NCBI RefSeq assembly: GCF_009834535.1
Contig: NC_045707.1
Location: 61,754,001 to 61,818,000 of the forward strand
Direction: 5' to 3'
DNA length: 64,000 nucleotides
DNA from: Camelus ferus
Taxonomy: Eukaryota
Shown here: positions 39,922-52,700 of the stretch, in pieces
How the letters are laid out: every line of letters starts with the position of its first letter
Numbering within the stretch: position 1 is the stretch's first letter
Notes under the pieces: model-generated
Database searches by the model: none
What the model saw: the letters and a program-made list of their open reading frames with translations, nothing else
What the model was told of the DNA's origin: nothing
Program-made: the position numbers and the translations under genes

Positions 39922-40137
39922 CAGGTGAACTAAGGTAAACCGAGGCCTGCGGGCCAGAGCCATCTGGTTCACCACTTGCTTTTGTAAATGAGGTAACACT
40001 GCTCCACCCATTCATCTATGTATTTTTTACAGTCCGCTATGGCTAAGCTCCATAGTTGCAACAGGGACCATATGGCTCACAGAGCCTAAAACATTTACCA
40101 TCTGGCCCCTGAAGAGAAACACGTTCATAGACCTCTA
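39922..40137 (+). mobile_element. MER58A hAT-Charlie MITE
   Basis: ggcctgcgggcca...ttttgtaaat...tagttgcaacagggaccatatggc...agcctaaaacatttaccatctggccc; 8-bp TSD acctggag / gcctagag. Confidence 0.9.
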
Positions 40138-42142
40138 GCCTAGAGCATTCTTCTCCTCTAGATTTCAAATTAACTTAACGAAAGTTTTGTGTAAGGTATT
40201 TCCCATGGTCTATTATTGTTACTAATCACTTGACACCGTAATAAAACATAATAAATTCTTATTAGAAAAATTCCTCTCTTAGTCTCTTTTCTAAGGAAAA
40301 AAGAGAATAGTGAATTAAGTCCTCATATCTCTTAACTGCAGTTTCTTCTATTTGTATTAATATTCTAATAGTCTGTTGAATATGATAATTCATATCAGAC
40401 ACATTCTCAGTGAATCTCTTACTGACACAGAATTCTGGAATTATAATTAAATTCATGTCCTACTTACAAACTGGCTATAAATATTTTATATGGGCATCAT
40501 ACAAACTAGAACCTTATAGATTATGTTCATTAAAATAAATACAAATATTCGGTGCCCAGAGTTTTTCCATAAGGGTCCATGTGAAATATATTCATTAATT
40601 CAATTTGTGAGTAGGTCATTTAATTCTTGTACTTAGTTGAGAAGAGCTTTTCTTCATATTTAGATATTTTTAACCAAATTTTGATTTTTTTTTCCCCTTA
40701 GACTAGCTGTCTCTGAAAGGAATCTAGAAAAACATTTTCAACCTGATGAAAATAAATCTGGATAAGACATAAAGGGAAAATTTTAGTCAGTGCTTAACGT
40801 AGAACTAAGCTCTTTCTCTCTACAAAGGTAGATTCAATCTCATTCAAACAGTAAATATTTCTTGGTAATCAGTCTCCACCACCAACACACAAACACACAG
40901 ACTTTCAACAAAATGAATGCTATTTCTGAGATAGTTTGTCATAATAAGAATCACTCGTTTGTCACTATATTCCAGAGCTTAAGGATGATTCTTATTCTCA
41001 AGAAGCATCAGGTTGACCATTAATAGAGCTATACTTGAAGAATTCAAGATTAAAGGAAGAGCTAGGAGAAATCAATCAATCCAACTTCCACCCCGCACTG
41101 AAATTGTTTCATGTGTCCATCTAATAATATATAACCAAACAGCTTCTGTTACTTCTAGTAATGGAAAACTCAGCTCTCTAACAGCAAACATACTTACTTT
41201 TTCATATGTGACAACTAGTTTACACTGGCTGCTCATATTAGTCTGGTACTTAACTGAAGGACTCCTGTTAAGCCAGTTGTCTTAACTTAAAGTTCTTAGA
41301 GCTCAGTGTTTCATGCATAATATTAACACTTTGTACATAATTATCACTTTAAATTTTCACAATTTTATAAAAGTATATGATTCTTTTCTATTGGTAAGAA
41401 AACCAAGGCATTATATGTACAAAGAAATTAGTGACCATCTTCTTTTCTCTCCCACAGACTCTTTTCCATGCAGATGACTTATTAAAAATGTCGGACTGTT
41501 TCCTTTCCAAATCCTAGTCATCCTTTAAGGCTCAGAGTTCAACCCTTTGCAATCTTGAAAAAATCGTGTGTGACACATTATTTCTTCTTTTCTTTGAACT
41601 CCTACAGACCTATAGTTTGTACTAAACAGTTCAGCACCGAATCACAAACTATTCTAGATTTTCTAATTGCTTCATGTATATCAGTCTAGTTTCTCCAAAA
41701 CCATAACAGACATTTTACTTACTTAAATCTTACATACTTCATTCTACCATTGTCTTCAAAGCATTTTGCAATTCAAAAGAGCAATTGACTGAATTTTAAG
41801 GACATATATTTCAAATGGTTTTAGTTACCAATTGTCAAGCTGCCTGTAGTTCAGTCTCTTTCTGTTACAATTCATCTTTGTTTTTCCTTTTTGTTTTCAA
41901 TCAGATATTTGAACTTCTTTTGATTTTCAGGAATCAGTTACAGGGGCACACCACTTTTTTTTCTCAGTACCAAGGAGATAGTATATAATGTTTGAGTTTT
42001 GTTTCATACTGCCAAGAGGCACTTCCCTTGTAGTAGTAAAGAGAATTGATACTTAATAATCAATCATAACATTATATTCATGGTGTCTCGTGATCATAGA
42101 AGGTATTTCTTATGTTTCTTGCAGTTAGAATTTGTTGTTGCT

Positions 42143-43020
42143 TAACATCACTAACATTGAGAGAGAAGCAAATCAAAACCACAATGATATATCACCTCTC
42201 ACCTATCATTAAAAAAAAAGATAGGAAATGTTGGTAAGGATATATAGAAATTAAAAACCTGGCACCCTATTGGTAGAAATATAAAATGGCGCAGCCACTA
42301 TGGAATACAGAATAGAGGTTCCTCAAAACAATTAAAAATAAAACTACCACATGATCCAGCAATCCCACTTCTGGGTATTTATCTAAAAGAATTGGTATCA
42401 GGATCTCAGAGTGACACCTGAACTCTCATATTTATTGCAGCATTATTCACAATAGTTAAGGTATAGAAACAACTCAAATAACCATTGACAAATGAATGGA
42501 TAAAGAAAATATAGTACATATATGCAATGGAATATTACTCAGCTTTAAAGAAGAAGGAAATTTTACCATTTGGGGACAACACATGGGTGGACCTGGAAGA
42601 CATTATGCTAAGTGAAATGTCAGTCATAGAAGGATAATACTGCATGACTGCACACTTATCTGAAGTATATAAAATAATCAAGCTCATAGAAATAGAGAAT
42701 AGAATGCTGGTTGCCAGGGGATGGGTGGAGGTGGAAATAGGGAGTTATTCAGGGGGTATGAAATTGCAGTTATACAAGAGGAAGAAGTTCTAGAGATCTG
42801 CTGTAAAACAGTGTCTATAATTAACAACACGACATGCATTCTAAAACTAAAAAGGGTAGACCATGCTAGGTGTTCTTAATCTTTTAAAGGTGCTGGAAAT
42901 ATTTAATACCTTGATTTTTTAGATGGTATAAAGGTGTATGCATGTGTCCAAACTCATCAAAATGGATACATTAAATACATGCAATCTTTGTATATTTGAC
43001 ATACCTCAATAAAGCTGAAA
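42143..43020 (+). mobile_element. LINE-1 3' end (ORF2 C-terminus + 3'UTR), L1MB1/L1MB2-like
   Basis: gcaaatcaaaaccacaatga, atgatccagcaatcccacttctgggtattt, agttctagagatctgctgta, gtccaaactcatcaaa...acctcaataaagctg. Confidence 0.92.
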
Positions 43021-45199
43021 GGATGTGTAGATGAACTAATTGTTTAGGATGACAGACACTTCTGATTTTGAATTCTCAGTCTTAGTAGCTCTGGCAGTAT
43101 TTGAATCGTTTATCTAAAAGTGAGTGAGCAGCGGGAGTGAGGGAACCATTAAAGGCACATTTTTCACTTATGAAAACTGACAATGACAGGCTCAGCTAAA
43201 ATAAGTCTCTTTGGACTCAAAGGAGAAGCTACTAGGTACAGTTGACCTGGTTTCTCAAAATTTGGGTTCAAATAAAAAACACTTTGATTATGTGCGATTC
43301 TGTTTGTACTCTGGACTCCTAATCATATTTCTGTAATGTAACACAGCCACTTCAAGGCTCTTAGCAATTTCTTCCACATTAACCATCCTGTTTCTGGTAC
43401 CAACTAGGTCTTTGTTAAATAAGAGGATAATTTTTTTTTCATACAAATTATCTTAGGTAATTACTAAGCAGGAACTATGTTTTAACTTCATAGAGCGTTC
43501 AGCAGTTGGTGCATTGTGAATGCTTCTTAGAATTAGAAGGAACGCACGTCTAACAGTGGAAAGGATTCCCTGGTAATATTCCTCACGTTATCAGCTGACC
43601 TTTGTTTGGCAATGTCCAGGTTTAATCTCTTTTTTTTTCCATTAAATAAATAATTTTATTATGTAATTCAAGTTTTAAAAATATTAATTAAAAGGATTAC
43701 ATTGATATTACTGTTTATCAATAGGAGCAAGCATTCTAATTGACAGATACTATAAATGAAAAACCTCTAAATTATTGGTCCGTTTTCACTGCTTAGGTTT
43801 TCATTTGTGAAATAGTGGACCTCTCTATTTCAGTATCCCAATGACAGCTAACTTTTCTATATACCCCATACAGAATTGATCTAATTAAAAAAAACACAAC
43901 ACTGCAAATAGACAGTGAGTCACAGCCTCTGTAAGAATATTTAATAATATAAATTTTATTTTCATGTTATTTTTACTTTACTTAAGAATTTTTTATTTTC
44001 TGCTGCATCCTGATGTGACTTGTTTTTTTGTGGAAGGCTATGAACACATACTAAAAATTCTATATTCTTGAAATATAAAAATTAGATTATTTTAATGGCT
44101 CTTTTGTGGAAATTATTCCTAAAGTCTACATCTTATAATTAAAATTCTAATGATAAATAAGAAATTGTTGAGTGAGTTCAATTATGATACAAAATGTATA
44201 TATTAAATTTATTCATTAACTGTAATTTCATTGGAAAGTTACTCTTCTCTTAGGCAAACGTGTTTAGTTACAAATTATGCAAACCAATAGGAATCCACAC
44301 CATTGAATTTGAAAGTGAAAAGCAAGGAAGAAATTCAGACTCGTTTACACACATTCATATCGTCTGAATATAAAAATGAATATATGCTGGCGAAAGAATG
44401 TTACCGTTGTTCAGTATCAAGCCAGTGGAAATTGTAGAGCTTTAATTCTTCCCTATGAAACTATGCAGCTTGCCATCGAGAAATGTATTTGTTTCTGCAA
44501 AGTCATTCTGTCCCTAGATTAATGTCATTTATGTCTTATTGCCATTTACCAAACGTAAAATGCCTTAGGAGTTTGACCAGTTAATTGTTGAGTACTTACC
44601 GTGTGTGAAGAACCATAGTAAGTCCTGTAGAATATAAACTAAAATTAATTTGTAGGCTCTCTATTGTTTAACTGTAGGGACTAAAGTGCAAAAAAATTTG
44701 GACACATTTATACCTAAAATCACTGTAATGCAATGAAAGAGAAAAGAACCTTGCACAAGCTAACACAATGTATTGGACCCAATTAATGATTAGTATTTGA
44801 GTCTTTTCACAAATTCCTTCTCTCTTCACTCCTATTAAATGATGGCAGACTTGCTAGGTTCTCAATATCCCTAAATAAACCCATCCATTACTGCTCCATG
44901 TTCCCTAGAAATGGAGCATGAATGATTCTATCTCTGTTATGATACTGGACATTGACAGATTAAATTTCACTTTCTTTTTTTTCCATCCTCAGATCACACT
45001 TATGATACCCAAACTACACACAGTAACCACAATTAACTCTAATTTGGGGAAGGGAAACTTGACATTCTCTAGGCTCTTCTCAGACATCTCCCTCAGGGCC
45101 ACGGCTGTACCAGTGTGACCCACTGCAGCAGCCACAGGTTCCTGGTGCCTTTTGTCGCTTGTGTTTCAGGATAAAGAGTCAGTGGTGGGGGGCTAAACA

Positions 45200-45415
45200 A
45201 AGCATTAAAAAAGGAAAACTGGTTCACGGGTTTGGAGCAAGGCAGGCTTGAGTTCAAATCCCAATAGCGTGACCTTTGGACCAATTTCGGATGTCCATCT
45301 TCTCAATCTGCAGAGAAAGGATAACCTAAGTCACAGAGATACTGTTGGGATTAAATAAAATGGCCAGTGGGAAGGACCCCACATATAATACAGTAGCTGC
45401 TCCATATTAATCCGT
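45200..45415 (+). mobile_element. MIR SINE
   Basis: gggtttggagc...gagttcaaatccca...gtgacctttgga...ctcaatctgca...cacagagatactgttgggattaaat. Confidence 0.75.
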
Positions 45416-45931
45416 TCCCCTTCTCTTCTCCTTTCAGGCTCAATAAACAAGCATCCAGAGTGAGCCTGGCTCTGTCTATTTAAGTGAGAAATTCAATGAG
45501 GACTTCAAAGTGTCTGTGGAAAAGATATGCTCTGCAGTCATTGGACCATGATAATTGATATTGTTATGCAGAATGGCCAGATGAGCTACAGAGCCCTTTT
45601 CTGAGGTGATGCATAACAGCTTTGACTAGCGAGCAGGAACTCGGTGTAGACATGTGGCTCTTAAATATCCATGTAAATGTCAGAGTATGGAGCAGGAAGT
45701 TAGCAGGAGATATCTTTCCTCGTCTTCTTTTTTATACATAAGATTGAATATATATATAAATAATCTCACTTAGTCTAAGTTATGTAATCTTGTGAGCTTA
45801 AAACATCTTTATTGCTTTAAGCTTTCTTTTTCTTCCCCCCTTTCCTTAAAAAGTATTCTCACTAAAGTAATTTAAACGATTTGGGGATCTTAAGACATAT
45901 TTCTGTAGATTATAATGAAGACTGATAACAT

Positions 45932-46020
45932 CTATTAGTGTTAGACCCATTTGGCTGCAAGAGATTGACACTCACAATACTTTAAATAATGGAAAGTTAT
46001 TTCAACCATCTGTGAGGAGG
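45932..46020 (-). mobile_element. Possible old MaLR LTR end (MLT1K/L/N-like)
   Basis: tattagtgttagacccatttggctgcaagagattgacactcacaatactttaaataatggaaagttattt resembles that family's terminus. Its extent is unclear. Confidence 0.4.
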
Positions 46021-46624
46021 CAGGGGATTGAGGAAATGTGAGGGCGATAAAAGCGAGAGGGTCACCTGGAGACTGAAACTATGCCCAAAGCTGAGACCTT
46101 CTTTCTTTTCTTCTGCCTTTGACTCAGAAATTACTTTTCCCAACACTGCTTCTCTTAGACTTCTGCTACTGACTGCCTCACCCTCACTGGGTTTCTACAC
46201 AGAAATTCTGCCAACTGCCCTTGTCTGTTGCCTCACAACCTTGGACAATTTGTGCCTCCTGCTGTCTCTCTCTTGCTCTTTCTCTCTGCAGCCTTTCACA
46301 CTGCCACCTCTTTTCCTTTTGGAGGAGCAGAGGCAAGACTGCCTTCTTTCACTGCTTTTGCAAGAGATCCTTGAGACCTTTTTGCAAGAGGTCCTCCTGC
46401 AAGGTCAGGGCAGAGGCCACCATCAAGTTCAGGAAACAGCTGCACTTGGGCCAGACCTGTAGCTTAGACAAGTGGATTGGGGCATTTTCTCTTAAAAGAC
46501 CCATGGTGGTAAACAGGCACCACAAGTGGCATATTTCACACAGTTTGAGATTGTGGGGGATATTCTTGTCTACTTATTAATCAGAATGATAGCTTCTCAC
46601 TTATTCGGATTCTTCTAATCACCA

Positions 46625-46862
46625 CATATACCGAGAAAGCTTTTCTTGCCCTCTCATTCAAAGATTACATTTTTCCTAGGTGCTGTCACAGTGCATATCA
46701 GGTGGCCTTGCAATCGCCTGGGTGTCTTCTCCTTTGGAGTATAAATTAATTTAGAACAGAGATTATGCTGTATTTATTATTAAACCTCCATTACATGTCT
46801 ACAACATGGAAAGTAATATATATGTGTAGGTACATAATATGTATTTTAAATAGTGAATGAGT
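46625..46862 (+). mobile_element. LINE-2 3' end fragment
   Basis: gtgtcttctcctttggagtataaatt...tagaacagagattatg...gtgaatgagt. Confidence 0.55.
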
Positions 46863-48524
46863 TGAGAGGATAAAACATATTTGATTTGTCCACGTCTATG
46901 AAGTAGCTATGAGGAAACATGGTCAATTTGCTATGTCATTTCATATGTTTAAAAGCATCAACTCATTATCTGCCACAAAGGTTAAGAAACCATATTAATT
47001 AAACATTATCCCTTAGGACACACCCTAGTCCTTTATAATCTACACTAAGTGACTTTAATATAAACGGCTAACTTTTAAATGATTATTTAAAGTTAATCAA
47101 TTTTCCCCAACCCTCTCCTGTACACTTTTACATGTTCGGAACATTTTCGCTATTATTTAAAAATGTGGAGTTTTTTGTTATCAGCTGGTTCTGTCATTTC
47201 TCCTAGCCAAATGTTTGACGGGAAAAAACTTTCCTCAAGTTGGCATATTTTTCCCCAGTTCAGAAATGTTCCAGTGACATTCTAGGCTCATTTTATTTTT
47301 ACCAGTCAAAAAATTGTCCTTTTCACTGAGCAAGTTTCATCGCCTTGGAAGATTAACAGGGGCTGTCAAGAATAAGAAAACATGCCAGACATTTTGTACT
47401 TCTTCTGTCAATGGGTCATTCATTTATTCAGTCATTCACAAGGTTAGTTCTTTCTTTTAGAAGCAGTGGAGTCCTAGTTTACATTCCTCATCTATTTAAA
47501 TGAACTAATTACTGAGAGAACAGCCATAAAATAGAAAACTCAGCCTGGTGGTGTGATAGCAAATGTGGAAGCAAAACATGACAGTTGTCCTTTCCTTAAA
47601 ACTGTCGAGGGATCTTGATACGAATACCCACGATGCACTGGAGCTATTTGTGAAAAACAGACGTTTCTCCTGCTGCCAAAGGCGGATTATTTGTTGCTTT
47701 GCTCTACTTGGGTGTTGCCATTTGTGGGAACTCTCTGCTATGGCTGTAATCTTCACCTGATTAGAATATTCATGAAGGGAAGCTCTGCTATTCAAAGTGC
47801 AGAAAATAAAGAAATCAGATCTGCCAGAAAACATAAATAACACTTTTATTTCTGTCTAAATTCTTAAGAATAATACATTTCCCTGTTGGAAATGTTGGGA
47901 AATAATATCTTACTGACATTACACTAAGTGTTCTTGTCACGCTGATGATCACGTCCCAAGTGCAGAGAGCTCGTGTCCCCCAGAGGGCAGGCCCTGAATT
48001 CTAATTCTTCCACTGAAGCATAGCCAGGCTCTGACATCCCTGAGCCTGGATGGTTTGAGGGCAGGAAGAGGTGGCTGAGCGCATAGAAGGAACCCCAGAC
48101 TTCACCTTATCTTAGCTTGCACACTCCTTCCTCTATTATCTTTCCATCATAGTGTTAATATTTAGTGCATCAGCAGATACTTTAAAAATACTCAAGAAGC
48201 ACCTGTTAGAAGAATGTTCTCAGACGGGGAGGCTGATTCCTCTATTTCTCTCTTAGCTTTGCCTTACTTTTCCCATTAAATTCTCAGGAACTATGACCAG
48301 CAGTTTTTATGAAAATCCAATATCCTACAGTCTGTTTTTTAGGCATAATAACGACATGCTAAAAATGAATATGTTGTTTCCTTATAACAAGTGTAATCCT
48401 GCTCTTTGCTCTGAGGTCAGTTTTACCTTGAGTCATATTTCCAGTAGGTGCAGAACTCCAGGAAGAGATTCCTTGGAAAGTCAAGTTTTCCAAAAATGGT
48501 AGTCAATATATTAATAAAAAGTTT

Positions 48525-48705
48525 AATGAATAGTCATATAAGAGTAACATCTTTCATAAACTCACTATGTGCTGGTAAATACTGTTCTAGCACTTTATAA
48601 GCAATAACTCGTTTTTAGATGAAGCAGATAAGATCCAGAGCAGTTAAATAACGTGTGTAAGTTGGGACAAGAGGAAGGTGAGTCAGGTGTGGCACTTGAC
48701 TCTCG
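48525..48705 (-). mobile_element. MIR SINE
   Basis: ctcactatgtgc...actgttctagcacttta...ttttagatgaag...cagagcagttaaataac. Confidence 0.75.
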
Positions 48706-48996
48706 TGCAAAACTGAAGGATGCCTACAAACCCAATAGTCAAGATTAATAATACTTAAAGCAATGCATTAAAATCACAGTCAAATAAATCCATGATAAGC
48801 AAAATATCCAAATTTTAAATAAAGACAGGTTGCTGTTTGTCTTATGACCCAGTGTCACTGTGCAACTGGGACAGCTGTTTCCAATCAATTCCTTGCTTCT
48901 GAGCATGTGCAGTTGTTGTGTCCCCTGGCTGGGCATGTTTATGAGAGTTGACGGCCGTGTGCGAGTAGAACTGGCAATTCAGAGATGTATCTCTCC

Positions 48997-49072
48997 CTAT
49001 TTATCTATCCACCCATCTATCCATACACACACACACACATACAGACTCATATATACAGTATATATATATATA
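48997..49072. repeat. Compound (TCCA/TCTA)-(CA)n-(TA)n microsatellite
   Basis: Seen directly. Confidence 0.85.
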
Positions 49073-49169
49073 AAAAACCTGTGTGTGATAACTGTATCCA
49101 CTTGGTTCAAAGTACCAAGAATAGTTAGATAAATGTATATAGAGACAGGCATTTTTCTTTTTTCTGACG

Positions 49170-49290
49170 CCAGCATGGCTTGGCAGGGCACTCTACCCAA
49201 GGATGTACAGCCAGTAATTGGCAGAACCAAGATTTAAACCCAGGTGGTCTGGCATTGGAGTGTTCGTTTTAATCTACAGACTGTCTCTCT
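49170..49290 (-). mobile_element. MIR fragment
   Basis: cccaaggatgtacagccagtaattggcagaaccaagatttaaacccaggtggtctggc. Confidence 0.75.
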
Positions 49291-49680
49291 ACTGATGAGA
49301 AATGTGCAGAGTTCGCATAAAAGCACAGATTTTATTCCAGTGTCTCTTAATCTCCAACTTAAGAGACCGAGGAATGGGCTGATGTTTACAGACGTACCGA
49401 TTATTCAAAACGTCTTCGCTGATGCCTGTCACTTGGACAGCCCTTGCTGACATGTGGCAGCCAGTGTCGTTTCCCTTCTCTCCTTGGGCTAGTTTATCTC
49501 CCCAGATTCAATCTCATTAATTAAAAGTTTGCTTGGAGAAAAGGAAATATGTAATTTTTAAATATTAAAAGTGTAACGATCATCTGAACTTTATTTTAAT
49601 GTTTAACTCATGAAATTAACGATATTCAACCTGAAATAAGGTAGTGAACCTAAAAACAACCTAGTTAAAGAGACAGGGGA

Positions 49681-49722
49681 AGTCTCATATACTGTATCTA
49701 CAGTCACATATACTGTATCTAC
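49681..49722. repeat. 2 x 21-bp tandem duplication (1 mismatch)
   Basis: agtctcatatactgtatctac / agtcacatatactgtatctac. Confidence 0.92.
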
Positions 49723-52700
49723 TGCAATTTCTCAAAGAAACAGACCTCCGTGTAATATATGAGATATACTGGTTGGTGCTCCTTTTAATAAATGTCTCAA
49801 ACAAAATAAATACTGTATAAAATACGTATTATCAATGTGTGGGTGTCACACGCAGTTATTAATTTACATTGATGTCACCGTGCAGAGCCTCACCTAAGAG
49901 TAGTCGGAAAATGTATTTCTTCTAAAATCGTTACACAATTTGGAGTTATTTCTATTCATGGCAGTGTTTCCCTTCCCTCTTCTTTCTTTACTTTAGTTAG
50001 TGGAGGCGTACCGTATTGATGTTTTTAGTAGTTCACAGGTATGTTCCATTGTTAGCATAACTTGAAAATTATTGATTCAGCTCAACAAGTTCATGCAAGT
50101 GAGGATTTATTTTTCTCTTTTCTAATTTTCATTGTGTTTTTCAATAAGTCCTTCCCAGGAACTTTGCATTTGTACAAAATTGAATACATATTTACATAAG
50201 TGAAATATTTGATTTTCATTTTCTGTTGATTGAACACTTCACAGCATATATACTCCCCAAATTTTGTGTTGAACTGTGGGATTCTGGGACTTTTTTTTTT
50301 CTTTTGGCATCTTATTTAAGCTAAGAACACTTTTAAGTTAATTTAGGGGATGATGGCGCAGAGATGGATTTCTCTAACTCTTAGGCAATCCTCTTTAGTG
50401 GTATGGAAAGTGATTGGTATGAAGCGTTGAAAGCCAGGCGTCATTACTATGAAACAGTCCTGGTGTGTGAATTTGGGTTGGACTTTAACTTACTGTCATT
50501 CTCATTGGCAAAGTACCTATTGTCGCGTTCAGTAGGAGCTTCAGGGAAGTGGTGTCTCCCTCCAGTTAATTAGTTGAAAGCTACACTTGCATTTTTGTCG
50601 ATAATAACTTTGTATACTAACCAAAAAACGTGACAACATCACACCTTCTTTTTCTGGATAGGAAGAAAACTTCCCCTGTCTCTTTAACTAGGTTGTTTTT
50701 AGGTTCAAATAAGTAATTTGTGAGAAGAACCAGTGTTTGGAATTAACAAACCTTATTTATGCAAGAGGCAAACCGGCTGCTTTTTTCAAATTGCTGTTTG
50801 CAAATAACTTTTCCTGATAAATCCTCTTTCCTTGGCTCTGGTTGTAGCAGTCTGTTAAGTTTGTGCAGAACTGGAGCAATTACTCTAGAATATTCAGTCT
50901 TTCCCTTTCTTCTCACTTTTCCACATTTACATGCATTGCTTCACTCTCTGGCAAAGTACCAGGCTATTTTCAGACTTTTCAGTCTCCTTTGTTGCATTCC
51001 TTCTTCTCCTTTGCTGTGAACAGAATGAAAATTTTCCAAAATAAGCTTATGAACCGAGGTTTTTCCAAGTGCTGTGTAATCAGCTGACCTATTTCAGATG
51101 CAGTCTTTGCTTTTTTCTTCTCCACGTTTCCTGCACTAACATGTGGATTTATTTCCAGACAGAGATATCTGTGTGCAATGCCCAAGCAGTTATTTTCATT
51201 TCCTGACATACAGAAGGCACATATTTACGGATGTTAGTTACTTCCTTTTGCAACTTCTCTTGTGCTAGGTTTCCTTTAGGCTTGGCTGCTTGTTATTTTT
51301 CTGAATGTGGTCTGAGATTCTTTCACACCTCTGTGATTTTATTTGTACCAGTTCCTTCTCCTAAACAGGAGATTCTTCCGACATGCCTACCGCAATGTCC
51401 ATTCATCAGTTCCCAATCCATTCTTTACCAGTACGTTCAGTTGTCTCCGAAGTGCTTACCATGAGACTCATCCTTTGCTTTCTCTGGGCTCTGGCATGTT
51501 GTTGGCATTCTCTGTATTCAGTAGAGCATAACTATTCTCTCTCCACCTGGCTTCTCTCTTTACAAGATATCGCCTAAGGAAAGCTAAGCATGCCATCTTT
51601 TTAGCCGAGTATGTAATACAGCTTTCATTTTATGATACAACGTATCCATATCACATATAAAATATGAAGATCATATGAACTGTTAACCAAATGTCAAAGA
51701 AGACTGCATCTACAGGCGTTGTAATTCGGAGGGCCAGTGAAGACAATTTCTTCCTAACCTTGGGTCTCGACACCTGGTTGCCTTCGTGCAGCCCACATCT
51801 AATAGGAGGCTCTGAAAATTGAAGAGGGACTCTTCCGTTTACAACCATGTTTCTAACAGTTCTTTCTGAGAAGCACATATTTTCTATTTTCTAGAAACAC
51901 AATTGTGTTTGCCAGACTTTCACAAACTGTTATTTAAAATGTCATTGAATAAACACAAAGATTTCTGAGGGCTAAAGTACAGAATACATATATCACCTGT
52001 TCTTGCTCTATGTATAAATTTAGTTTCTATTTTTAAAATATTCACTTTATATCTGGGCCTCTTCTTGCAAATGGAATACTAATATTGTGAATAAGCCACC
52101 TTGAATGCTTAACAGTGAGAAAAAAATGTCTCTGGAAAAAAAAAGTCTCACCTACTTGCATTCCACTGAGTGGTAAAATTTCACCAAAATTGCTTAGAAA
52201 GAAGATTTTCAGCAAAATAATTAAAGAGGAGTTTTAGATAGTTATAGTGGGTCAAGCTTGAGAATTGAACTGCGCTGCTTCAAAGGAATCTATTAAAACT
52301 GAGCAAAACTTTACGAATAATACAATTAACTCGTCAAACGAATGTTACCAGTGGAATGGCCAATGAATATCGCTGAGTAGGCACAACTTAAGAGAAAAAT
52401 TAAATTTAAAAAATTACAATAGAAAGTGTGTGCACCTGTTGATGAAAAGCTACTCATATAGGATGTCTTTAAGTTGAGTCCACCCATATGAAAAATACGT
52501 GCCTGGAATTTACACAGTGTATAATGTTTGGAGTACAAGAGGGACCACTAGATTTTTCAACTCAAATGGACAGTGATGAGTTCATTTCTTCAACTAAGTG
52601 TCAGGCACTGTTCTAAGGCACAGGAGATACAGCTGTGACTATTTATCTCTTTTACATCATAAATCTCTAATGATTTTTGCATATGTGGTCTGTTGACATT

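Noticed and set aside
46028..46462. Longest ORF (144 aa, Leu-rich)
   Set aside because: It starts at TTG rather than ATG, its composition follows CT-rich DNA next to a probable old LTR end, and it has no recognisable domain or splice context.
51691..51822. Short ATG-initiated ORF (~43 aa, MSKKTASTGVVIRRASEDNF...)
   Set aside because: No recognisable homology, promoter or splice support; the length is within chance expectation.
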